Below, piece after piece: positions 30,501-43,683 of a stretch of DNA of 64,000 nt (position 1 is the stretch's first letter; every line of letters begins with the position of its first letter). This stretch comes from the human T2T-CHM13v2.0 reference genome, Homo sapiens. The stretch is from assembly GCF_009914755.1 (NCBI RefSeq), contig NC_060940.1, one strand, 5' to 3'. The notes below the pieces were generated by a model. The model searched no databases and had not been told where the DNA came from. It worked only from the letters and a program-made list of their open reading frames with translations. A program made the translations under genes and the position numbers.

Positions 30501-31715
30501 TCCCTTCGACAATGATTCCATTCGTGTCCATTTGATGATTCCATTCATTTCCTATCGATGAAGATTCCATTCAAGTGTATTCGATGATTCCATTCAAATC
30601 CATTCGATGATGATTCCATTCCAGTCCATTCGATCATTCCACTTGATTCCATTTGATGACTATTCCATTCAAATCCATTTGATGATTCCATTCTATTCCA
30701 TTCGATGTTACCATTCGAGTATATACGATGATTCCACTCGATTCCATTTGATGATTATTCCATTGGAGTCCACTTAGTGAATCCTTTAGATTCTACTCGA
30801 AGATGATTCCATTCGAGTCCATTCGATGATACCATTCAATTCCATTCGTTGATGCTTCCATTCAAGTGCATTCGATGATATCATTCGATTCCATTTGATG
30901 ATAATTCCATTTGATTCCATGCGATGATTCTATTCGATTCCATTCAATGATAATTCCATTCAATTCAGTGATTCCTCTGGACTCCATTTGATGATGATTC
31001 CATTCAATGATTCCATTCGATTCTATTCGAAAATGATTCCATTTGAATCCATTTGATGATGATTCCATTGGATTCCATTTGATGATTCCATTCGATTCCA
31101 TTCGATGATGATTCCATTCGATTCCTTTTGATGAATCCATTCTATTGTATTCGATGATGATTCCATTCGATTCCATTCGATGATGATTGGATTCGATTCC
31201 ATTTGATGATTTCATTTGATTCCATTCGATAATGATTTCGATCAATTCCATTCGATGATTCCATTCGATTCCATTCGATAATGATTACATCCGAGTCCAT
31301 TCGATGATTCCATTTGAGCCCGTTCGATAATTCCATTTGAGTCCAATCAATGATTCCATTCATTTCCATTCAATGATTCCATTCGAGTCCATTTGATCAT
31401 TCCGGTAGGGTCCGTTCGATGTTGATTCCATTGGAGTGCATTCGATGATTCCATTCGAGTCCATTTTAGGATTTGATTCGAGTCCTTTCGATGATTCCAT
31501 TCGATTCCACTCGATGATTTCATTCGAGTCCATTCGACACTTCCAATCGATTCCATTTGATGTTTCCATTCGATTCCAATTGATGATTCCATTCAATTCC
31601 ATTCGATGATGATTCCGTACGATTCCATTCTGTGATGATTCCATGTGATTGCATTCAATGATGATTCCTTTCGATTGCATTCGATTATGATTCATTTTGT
31701 GTTCATTCTATGGTT
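27589..31715 (+). repeat. Unit U6, 4127 bp, chimeric unit with ~1.83-kb non-canonical segment
   Basis: Landmarks 27589 and 31716. The length balances as 6112+16+3-3832+1831-3=4127. Confidence 0.9.
28896..30726 (+). repeat. Non-canonical HSat2 segment, copy 1 (~1831 bp)
   Basis: Begins GAGTCTATTTATGTATTATATTCGTGTCC and ends TGTTACCATTCGAGTATATAC. Its k-mers (CCTTGCAATG, TATGGCTATCG, GTTAATGCCTTTCG) were not seen in U3/U4. Confidence 0.85.
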
Positions 31716-34700
31716 CCACAGGTTTCCATTTGATGATGTTTCCATTCGTGTCCATTCCATTATTCCATTCTATTCCATTTGAAGATGATTCCATTCGATT
31801 CCATTCATTGGTGATTCCACTCAATTCCATTCAATGATTCCATTCCATTTCTTTCAACAATGATTCCATTAGTTTCTATTCGATGATCCACTTGATTCCA
31901 TTTGACGATGATTCCATTCGTGTCCATTCGATGATTCCATTTGATTCCATATGATGATGATTCCATTCGATTCCATACGATGATGATTCCATTCGAGTCC
32001 ATTCAATGGTGATTCCATTCAATTCCATTCGATGATTCCTTTCGATTCCATTCAATGATGATGGCATTCGATTCCTTTCGATCATTCCCTTTGATTCCAT
32101 TCAAAGGTGATTTCATTCAAGTCCATTCGATAATTGCATTCGATTCCATTCTATGATGATTCCATTCGAGTCCATTTGATGATTCCATTCAATTCAAGTC
32201 AATGATGATTCCATTCGATTCCACTCGATGATTCCATTGGATTCCATTCGATGATGATTCCATTAAAATCCATTCGATAATTCAATTCAAGTCCATTCGA
32301 TGATGATTCCAATCGAATCCATTCAAAGATTCCAGTCAATTCCATTCGATGATGATTCCCTTAGATTCCATTCGATGATTCCACTTGATTCCATTTACGA
32401 TGATTCCATTCGATTCCATGTGATGAATCCATTCAATTCTATTCAATGATGTTTCCACTTGATTCCATTCGAACATGATTGCCTTTGATTCCATTCAATG
32501 ATTCCATACGGTTCCATTTGATGATGATTCCATTCGAGTGCATTAGATGATTCCATTCGAGTCCATTCGATGATTCCATTCGATTCCATTCGATGTTGAT
32601 TCTGTTCAAATCCATTTGATGATTCCACTCGATTCCATTCGATGACTCCAGTTGATCCCATTCGATGATTTCCTTTGATTCCCTTTGATGATCATTCCAT
32701 TTGATTCAATTCGGTGATTTCATTTGATTCCATTCAGTGATGTTTCCATTCAACTCCTTTCGATGATGATTCCATTCGACTCCATTCGATTATGATTTCA
32801 TTCAATTCCATTCGATAATGATTCCATTCAAGTCCATTCGATGATTCCATTCGATTCCATTCAACGATGATTTGATTTGTGTCCATTCGATGATTCCATT
32901 CGATTCCATTTGATGATGATTCCATTCGAGTCCCTTTGATGATTCCATTCAATTCCATTCTCCGATGATTTCTTTTGAGCCCATTCAATGCTTCCACTCG
33001 ATTCCATATGATGATGACTCCATTTGATGAAATTCCATGATGATTCCATTTGCTTGCATTCGATGATGATTCCACTTGAGTCCGTTAGAAGATTCTATTC
33101 AATTACATTCCATGACGATTCTGTTCGAGTCCATTTGATGATTCCATTAGACTCCATTCGACGATGATTCCATTCGATGTTATTCGATGATGATTCCATT
33201 CAACTCCATTCGATGTTTCCATTCGAGTTCATTCTATTATTCCATTAGATTCCATTCGATGATGATTCCATTCGATTCCATTTGATGATTGCATTCTATT
33301 TCATTTGATGATGATTCCATTCGAGTCCATTCGATGATTCCATTCGAGTCCATTTAATGAATCCATTGGTTTCAATTCTATGATGATTACATTGGATTCC
33401 ATTCGTTGATGATTTCATTCGATTCCATTCAATGATGATTCCATTCAATTCCATTCAATGATTCCACTCAATTCCATACGATGATGATTCCATTTGATTT
33501 GATTCGACAGTGAGCCATTCGATTCAATTCCATGATGACTCTATTTGATTCAATTGGTTGACATTTCCATTCGATTCCATTCGATGATGATTCCATTTGA
33601 TTCCATTCAAAGATGATTCCATTCTAGCCCATTCAATCATTCCATTCGATTCTATTCAATGATGATTCCATTCATGTCGATTTGGTGATTCCATTTGACT
33701 TCATTTGATGATGATTCCTTTCAAGTTCATTAGATGATTCCATTCGATTCCATTTGATAATGATCCCATTCGAGTCTATTCAGTGATTCCACTCGTTTCC
33801 ATTCCATGATGATTCCATTCCATTCCATTCAATGATTCCATTCGATTCCGTTTGATGATGATTTCATTCGAGTCCATTTGATGATTCCATTTGATTCCAT
33901 TTGATGATGATTACCTTCGAGTCCATACGATGATTCCACTCAATTCCATATGATGATGATTCCATTCGATTCCATTCGATGATTCCAGTCTATTCTATTC
34001 AATGGTGATTCCATTCGAGTACATTAGATGATTCCATTCGATTCCATTCAATGATGATTCTATTTGTGTCCCTTAGATGGTTCCACATGATTCCATTTCA
34101 TGATGATACTATTTGAGCCCATCCAATGATTCCCTTCGATTCCATTCGATGAGGATTCCATTCGATTCATTTCATTGGTGATTCTATTCAATTCAATTCT
34201 TTGATTCCATTCCATTCCATTCGACAATGATTCCATTCGATTTCTTTCGATGATTCCACTCGATTCCACTTGACATTGATTCCATTCGATTCCATTCAAT
34301 GATTCCGTTTGATTCCAGTGGATGATGATTGCCATCGATTCCATTCGATCACTCCATTCTATTCCATTTGATGATGATTACATTCGATTCCATTTGATGA
34401 TTCCATCTGATTCTATTCGAGGATTCCATTTGATTCCATTCGATGATGATTCCATTCGAGTGCATTCGATGATTTCATTCGAGTACATCCAATGATTCCA
34501 TTCGAGTCCATTTGATGATTCCATTTGATTCCATTTGATTATGATTCTACTAGAGTCCATTCAATGACTCCATTCGAATCCATTCAACAATTCCATTCGA
34601 GGCCATTCGATGATTCCATTTCATGATTCCATTCGAGTCCATTTAATCATTACAGTCGAGTCCATTTGGTGATTCCACTGGATTTCTTTTGATAATGATA

Positions 34701-37571
34701 CCATTCAATTACATTTGATGATGATCCCATTCAATTTCATTTGATGGTGATTCCATTAGAGTCCATTCGATGATTTCATTCGAGTCCCTTCATTGATTCC
34801 ATCCGATTTGATTGGATGATGACTCCATTCGAGTCCATTCGACGATTCCACTCGATTCCATTAGATGATTCCATTGGAGTCCATTTGATTGTTCCATTCG
34901 ATTCTATTCGATTCCTTTCGAAGATTATTCCGTTTGAGTCCATTCGATGATGATTCCATTCCATTCCATTCGATGATTCCGTTTGATTCCATTCGATGAT
35001 TCCCTTCGATTCCTTTCTTTGATGATTCCATTCCATTCCATTCAATGATTCCATTCGAATCTATTCCATGATGATTCCTTTCGATTCCATTCGCTGATGT
35101 TTCCGTTCAATTCCATTCGATGATGATTCCATTCGATTCCATTCATTGAGGATTCCATTTGATTCCATTCAATGATGATTCCATTCTATTCCATTCAATG
35201 ATTGCATTCAATTCCATTCAATGATTATCCCCTTAGAGTAAACTCAACGATTCCATTCAATACCATTCGATGATGATTCCTTTTGAGTCCATTCAATGAT
35301 TTCATTCAAGTCCATTTGATGATTCCTTTCAATTCCATTCTATGATGATTCCATTCGAGTCCATTCGATGATTCCATTCGATTGCATTCGATTATTCCAT
35401 CATATTCCAGTCAACGATGATTCCATTCGAGTCCATTCGATGATTCCATTAGAGTACATTTAATGATTGCTTTGTTTTCAATTCGAAGATGATTACATTG
35501 GATTCCATTCTATGATACCATTCGATTCCATTCAATGATGATTCCACTCAAATCCATTGGATGATTCCATTCGTGTCCATTCGGTGATTTCATTAGATTC
35601 CATTCGAGGATGATTCCATTCGATTCCATTCGATGATTCCATTCAATTCCATTTGATGATGATTCCATTCCAGTCCATATGATCATTCCATTTGATTTCA
35701 TTCGATGATGATTCCATTCGATTCCATTCGATGATTCCATTCTATTCCATTCGATGATGATTCCATTCGAGTCCATTCGATGATTCCATTCGAGTCCATT
35801 TAATGATTCCATTGGGTTCAATTCAATGATGATTACATTGGATTCCGTTCTATGATTCCATTCAATTCCGTTCATTGACAATTTGATTCCATTCGATGAT
35901 GATTCCATTTGAGTTCATTCGATGATTCTATTCGATTCTCTTCGATGGTGATTCAATTCTATTATATTGGATGATTCCATTCGATTCCATTTGATGTTGA
36001 TTCAATTCGATTCTATTCGATGATGATTCCATTGGATTTCACTTGATGATTCTATTCGATTCCATTCAATGATGATTCACTTCTCGTCCATTGGATGATT
36101 CCATTTCATTCCATTCGATGATGATTCCATTCGATTCCATTCGATGACTCCATTTGATTCCATGCGTCGGTGAGCAATTCGATTCAATTCCATGATGATT
36201 CTATTTGATTCAATTAGATGATGTTTCCATTCGAATCCATTCCATGATTATTCCATTGGAATCCATTCGGCGATGATTCCATATGAGTCAATTCAATGAT
36301 GATTCCATATGTGTCCGTTCGATGATAATTCCATTTGATTTCATTCGGTGCTTCTATTCAATTCCAGTCGATGATGATTCCGTTGGAGTCCATACGATGA
36401 TTCCATTTGATTTCATTTGATGATGATTCCATTCGATGATGATTACATTGGATTCCATTCTATGATTCCATTCAATTCCATTCGTTGATGATTCGATTCC
36501 ATTCAATGATGATTCCATTTGAGTTCATTCGATGATTCTATTCGATTCCGTTCGATGGTGATTCAATTCTCTTATATTGGATGAATCCACTCGATTCCAT
36601 TTGATGATTATTCCATTGGAGTCCACTTAGTGAATCCTTCAGATTCTACTCGAAGATGATTCCATTCAAGTCCATTCGATGATACCATTCAATTCCATTC
36701 GTTGATGCTTCCATTCAAGTGCATTCGATGATATCATTCGATTCCATTTGATGATAATTCCATTTGATTCCATGCGATGATTCTATTCGATTCCATTCAA
36801 TGATAATTCCATTCAGTTCAGTGATTCCTCTGGACTCCATTTGATGATGATTCCATTCAATGATTCCATTCGATTCTATTCGAAAATGATTCCATTTGAA
36901 TCCATTTGATGATGATTCCATTAGATTCCATTTGATGATTCCATTCGATTCCATGCGACGATGATTCCATTCGATTCCATGTGATGATTCCATTCTATTC
37001 TATTCGATGATGATTCCATTCGATTCCATTCGATGATGATTGGATTCGATTCCATTTGATGTTTTCATTTGATTCCATTCGTTAATGATTTCGATCAATT
37101 CCATTCGATGATTCCATTCGATTCCATTCGATAATGATTACATCCGTGTCCATTCAGTGATTCCATTTGAGCCTGTTCGATAATTCCATTTGAGTCCAAC
37201 CAATGATTCCATTCATTTCCATTCAATGATTCCATTCGAGTCCATTTGATCATTCCGGTAGGGTCCATTCGATGTTGATTCCATTGGAGTGCATTCGATG
37301 ATTCCATTCGAGTCCATTTTAGGATTTGATTCGAGTCCTTTCGATGATTCCATTCGATTCCACTCGATGATGATTTCATTCGAGTCCATTCGACACTTCC
37401 AATCGATTCCATTTGATGTTTCCATTCGAGTCCAATTGATGATTCCATTCAATTCCATTCGATGATGATTCCGTACGATTCCATTCTGTGATGATTCCAT
37501 GTGATTGCATTCAATGATGATTCCTTTAGATTGCATTCGATTGTGATTCATTTCGTCTTCATTCTATGGTT
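31716..37571 (+). repeat. Unit U7, 5856 bp multi-deletion variant
   Basis: Landmarks 31716 and 37572; indels +16, +3, -72, -23, -170 and -10 sum to -256. Confidence 0.9.
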
Positions 37572-40500
37572 CCACAGGTTTCCATTCGTGTCCATTCCAT
37601 TATTCCATTCTATTCCGTTTGATGATGATTCCATTCGATTCCATTCATTGGTGATTCCACTCAATTCCATTCAATGATTCCATTCCATTTCTTTCAACAA
37701 TGATTCCATTAGTTTCTAATCGATGATCCACTTGATTCCATTTGACGACGATTCCATTCTTGTCCATTCGATGATTCCATTTGATTCCATATGATGATGA
37801 TTCCATTCGATTCCATACGATGATGATTCCATTCGAGTCCATTCAATGGTGATTCCATTCAATTCCATTCGATGATTCCTTTCGATTCCATTCGATGATG
37901 ATGGCATTCGATTCCTTTCAATCATTCCCTTTGATTCCATTCAAAGGTGATTTCATTCAAGTCCATTCGATAATTGCATTCGATTCCATTCTATGATGAT
38001 TCCATTCGAGTCCATTTGATGATTCCATTCAATTCAAGTCAATGATGATTCCATTCGATTCCATTCGATGATTCCATTGGATTCCATTCGATGATGATTC
38101 CATTCAAATCCATTCGATAATTCAATTCAAGTCCATTCGATGATGATTAAAATCGAATCCATTCAAAGATTCCATTCAGTTCCATTCGATGATTCCCTTA
38201 GATTCCATTCGATGATTCCACTTGATTCCATTTACGATGATTCCATTCGATTCCATGTGATGATTCCATTCAATTCTATTCAATGCTGTTTCCATTTGAT
38301 TCCATTCGACCATGATTGCCTTTGATTCCATTCAATGACTCCATTCGGTTCCTTTTGATGATGATTCCGTTCGATTCCATTTCATTATTCCATTTGATTC
38401 CATTGGATGAGTCCATTCGATTACATTCGATGATTATTCCATTCGAGTGCATTAGATGATTCCATTCGAGTCCATTCGATGATTCCATTCGATTCCATTC
38501 GATGTTGATTCTGTTCAAATCCATTCGATGATTCCACTCGATTCCATTCGATGACTCCAGTTGATCCCATTCGATGATTTCCTTTGATTCCCTTTGATGA
38601 TCATTCCATTTGATTCAATTCGGTGATTTCATTTGATTCCATTCAGTGATGTTTCCATTCGACTCCATTCGATGATGATTCCATTCGACTCCATTCGATT
38701 ATGATTTCATTCAATTCCATTCGATAATGATTCCCTTCGAGTCCATTCGATGATTCCATTCGATTCCATTCAACGATGATTTGATTCGTGTCCATTCGAT
38801 GATTCCATTTGATTCCACTTGATGATGATTCCATTCGAGTCCATTTGATGATTCCATTCAATTCCATTCTCCGATGATTTCTTTTGAGCCCATTCAATGC
38901 TTCCACTCGATTCCATATGATGATGACTCCATTCGATGAAATTCGATGATGATTCCCTTCGCTTGCATTCGATGATGATTCCACTTGAGTCCATTAGAAG
39001 ATTCTATTCAATTACATTCCATGACGATTCCGTTCGAGTCCATTTGATGATTCCATTAGACTCCATTCGACGATGATTCCATTCGATGTTATTCGATGAT
39101 TCCATTCGATCTCATTCGATGATGATTCCATTCAACTCCATTCGATGTTTCCATTCGAGTTCATTCTATTATTCCATTAGATTCCATTCGATGATGATTC
39201 CATTCGATTCCATTTGATGATTGCATTCTATTTCATTTGATGATGATTCCATTCGAGTCCACTCGATGATTCCATTCGAGTCCATTTCATGAATCCATTG
39301 GTTTCAATTCTATGATGATTACATTGGATTCCATTCGTTGATGATTTCATTCGGTTCCATTCAATGATGATTCCATTCAATTCCTTTCAATGTTTCCATT
39401 CAATTCCATACGATGATGATTCCATTTGATTTGATTCGACAGTGAGCCATTCGATTCAATTCCATGATGATTCTATTTGATTCAATTGGTTGACATTTCC
39501 ATTCGATTCCATTCGATGATGATTCCCTTTGATTCCGTTCAAAGATGATTCCATTCTAGCCCATTCAATCATTCCATTCGATTCTATTCAATGATGATTC
39601 CATTCATGTCGATTTGGTGATTCCATTTGACTTCATTTGATGATGATTCCTTTCAAGTTCATTAGATGATTCCATTCGATTCCATTTGATGATGATCCCA
39701 TTCGAGTCCATTCAGTGATTCCACTCGTTTCCATTCCATGATGATTCCATTCCATTCCATTCAATGATTCCATTCGATTCCGTTTGATGATGATTTCATT
39801 CGAGTCCATTTGATGATTCCATTTGATTCCATTCGATGATGATTCCATTCGAGTCCATTCGATGATTCTATTCGAATCCATTTGATGATTTCTTTTGATT
39901 ATAGTTGGTGATGATTCCATTGGAGTCCATTCAATGATTCCATTCGATTCCAATCGATGGTGATTCCATTAGAGTCCATTTAATGATTCCATTTGATTCC
40001 AGTCTCTGATGATTACATTCGAGTCCATACGATGATTCCACTCAATTCCATATGATGATGATTCCATTCGATTCCATTCGATGATTCCATTCTATTCTAT
40101 TCAATGGTGATTCCATTCGAGTACATTAGATGATTCCATTCGATTCCATTCAATGATGATTCTATTTGTGTCCCTTAGATGATTCCACATGATTCCATTA
40201 GATGATGATACTATTTGAGCCCATCCAATGATTCCCTTCGATATCATTCGATGAGGATTCCATTCGATTCAATTCATTGGTGATTCTATTCAATTCAATT
40301 CTTTGATTCCATTCCATTCCATTCGACAATGATTCCATTCGATTTCTTTCGATGATTCCACTCGATTCCACTTGACATTGATTCCCTTCGATTCCATTCA
40401 ATGATTCCATTTGATTCCAGTGGATGATGATTGCCATCGATTCCATTCGATCACTCCATTCTATTCCATTTGATGATGATTACATTCGATTCCATTTGAC

Positions 40501-43500
40501 GATTCCATCTGATTCTATTCGAGGATTCCATTTGATTCCATTCGATGATGATTCCATTCGAGTCCATTCGATGATTTCATTCGAGTACATCCAATGATTC
40601 CATTCGAGTCCATTTGATGATTCCATTTGATTCCATTTGATAATGATTCTACTAGAGTCCATTCAATGACTCCATTCGAGTCCATTCAACAATTCCATTC
40701 GACTCCATTTGATGATTCCATTCGATTCCATTTGATGATTCCATTCGAGTCCATTTAATCATTACAGACGAGTCCATTTGGTGATTCCACCGGATTTCTT
40801 TTGATAATGATACCATACAATTACATTTGATGATGATCCCATTCAATTTCATTTGATGATGATTCCATTAGAGTCCATTCGATGATTTCATTCGAGTCCC
40901 TTCACTGATTCCATCCGATTTCATTGGATGATGACTCCATTCGAGTCCATTCGATGATTCCACTCGATTCCATTAGATGATTCCATTGGAGTCCATTTGA
41001 TTGTTCCATTCGATTCCATTCGATTCCTTTCGAAGATTATTCCATTTGAGTCCATTCGATGATGATTCCATTCCATTCCATTCGATGATTCCGTTTGATT
41101 CCATTCGATGATTCCCTTCGATTCCTTTCTTTGATGATTCCATTCCATTCCATTCAATGATTCCATTCGAATCTATTCCATGATGATTCCTTTCGATTCC
41201 ATTCGCTGATGTTTCCGTTCAATTCCATTCGATGATGATTCCATTCGATTCCATTCATTGAGGATTCCATTTGATTCCATTCAATGATGATTCCGTTCTA
41301 TTCCATTCAATGATTGCATTCAATTCCATTCAATGATTATCCCCTTAGAGTAAACTCAACGATTCCATTCAATACCATTCGATGATGATTCCTTTTGAGT
41401 CCATTCAATGATTTCATTCAAGTCCATTTGATGATTCCTTTCAATTCCATTCTATGATGATTCCATTCGAGTCCATTCGATGATTCCATTCGATTGCATT
41501 CGATGATTCCATTATATTCCATTCAACGATGATTCCATTCGAGTCCATTCGATGATTCCATTAGAGTACATTTAATGATTGCTTTGTTTTCAATTCGAAG
41601 ATGATTACATTGGATTCCATTCTATGATACCATTCGATTCCATTCAATGATGATTCCACTCAAATCCATTGGATGATTCCATTCGTGTCCATTCGGTGAT
41701 TTCATTAGATTCCATTCGAGGATGATTCCATTCGATTCCATTCGATGATTCCATTCAATTCCATTCGATGATGATTCCATTCCAGTCCATATGATCATTC
41801 CATTTGATTTCATTCGATGATGATTCCATTCGATTCCATTCGATGATTCCATTCTATTCCATTCGATGATGATTCCATTCGAGTCCATTCGATGATTCCA
41901 TTCGAGTCCATTTAATGATTCCATTGGGTTCAATTCAATGATGATTACATTGGATTCCGTTCTATGATTCCATTCAATTCCGTTCATTGACAATTTGATT
42001 CCATTCGATGATGATTCCATTTGAGTTCATTCGATGATTCTATTCGATTCTCTTCGATGGTGATTCAATTCTATTATATTGGATGATTCCATTCGATTCC
42101 ATTTGATGTTGATTCAATTCGATTCTATTCGATGATGATTCCATTGGATTTCACTTGATGATTCTATTCGATTCCATTCAATGATGATTCACTTCTCGTC
42201 CATTGGATGATTCCATTTCATTCCATTCGATGATGATTCCATTCGATTCCATTCGATGATTCCATTTGATTCCATGCGACGGTGAGCAATTCGATTCAAT
42301 TCCATGATGATTCTATTTGATTCAATTAGATGATGTTTCCATTCGAATCCATTCCATGATTATTCCATTGGAATCCATTCGGCGATGATTCCATATGAGT
42401 CAATTCAATGATGATTCCATATGGGTCCGTTCGATGATAATTCCATTTGATTTCATTCGGTGCTTCTATTCAATTCCAGTCGATGATGATTCCGTTGGAG
42501 TCCATACGATGATTCCATTTGATTTCATTTGATGATGATTCCATTCGATGATGATTACATTGGATTCCATTCTATGATTCCATTCAATTCCATTCGTTGA
42601 TGATTCGATTCCATTCAATGATGATTCCATTTGAGTTCATTCGATGATTCTATTCGATTCCGTTCGATGGTGATTCAATTCTCTTATATTGGATGATTCC
42701 ACTCGATTCCATTTGATGATTATTCCATTGGAGTCCACTTAGTGAATCCTTTAGATTCTACTCGAAGATGATTCCATTCGAGTCCATTCGATGATACCAT
42801 TCAATTCCATTCGTTGATGCTTCCATTCAAGTGCATTCGATGATATCATTCGATTCCATTTGATGATAATTCCATTTGATTCCATGCGATGATTCTATTC
42901 GATTCCATTCAATGATAATTCCATTCAATTCAGTGATTCCTCTGGACTCCATTTGATGATGATTCCATTCAATGATTCCATTCGATTCTATTCGAAAATG
43001 ATTCCATTTGAATCCATTTGATGATGATTCCATTAGATTCCATTTGATGATTCCATTCGATTCCATTTGACGATGATTCCATTCGATTCCATTTGATGAT
43101 TCCATTCTATTCTATTCGATGATGATTCCATTCGATTCCATTTGATGATGATTGGATTCGATTCCATTTGATGATTTCATTTGATTCCATTCGTTAATGA
43201 TTTCGATCAACTCCATTCGATGATTCCATTTGATTCCATTCGATAATGATTACATCCGAGTCCATTCGATGATTCCATTTGAGCCCGTTCGATAATTCCA
43301 TTTGAGTCCAATCAATGATTCCATTCATTTCCATTCAATGATTCCATTCGAGTCCATTTGATCATTCTGGTAGGGTCCGTTCGATGTTGATTCCATTGGA
43401 GTGCATTCGATGATTCCATTCGAGTCCATTTTATGATTTGATTCGAGTCCTTTCGATGATTCCATTCGATTCCACTCGATGATGATTTCATTCGAGTCCA

Positions 43501-43683
43501 TTCGACACTTCCAATCGATTCCATTTGATGATTCCATTCGAGTCCAATTGATGATTCCATTCAATTCCATTCGATGATGATTCCGTACGATTCCATTCTG
43601 TGATGATTCCATGTGATTGCATTCAATGATGATTCCTTTCGACTGCATTCGATTATGATTCATTTCGTGTTCATTCTATGGTT
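37572..43683 (+). repeat. Unit U8, 6112 bp
   Basis: Landmarks 37572 and 43684; diagnostic GATTAAAATCGAATCC and CAATGCTGTTTCC are shared with U11. Confidence 0.92.

Larger units (their letters stand above)
27589..43683 (+). repeat. ~16.1-kb super-repeat copy A (U6+U7+U8, 16095 bp)
   Basis: Unit order and private indels/SNPs recur at +16082 to +16095. Confidence 0.88.

Noticed and set aside
28896-30726. Transposon or viral insertion as the origin of the non-canonical segment
   Set aside because: The segment is itself CATTC-satellite, with no terminal repeats, poly(A), target-site duplication or coding capacity, and it replaces sequence rather than simply inserting.
38140-38325. Plus-strand 61-aa ORF (also 54222-54407)
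   Set aside because: A chance stop-free stretch in U8/U11-type units; useful only as a marker of the 16082-bp offset.
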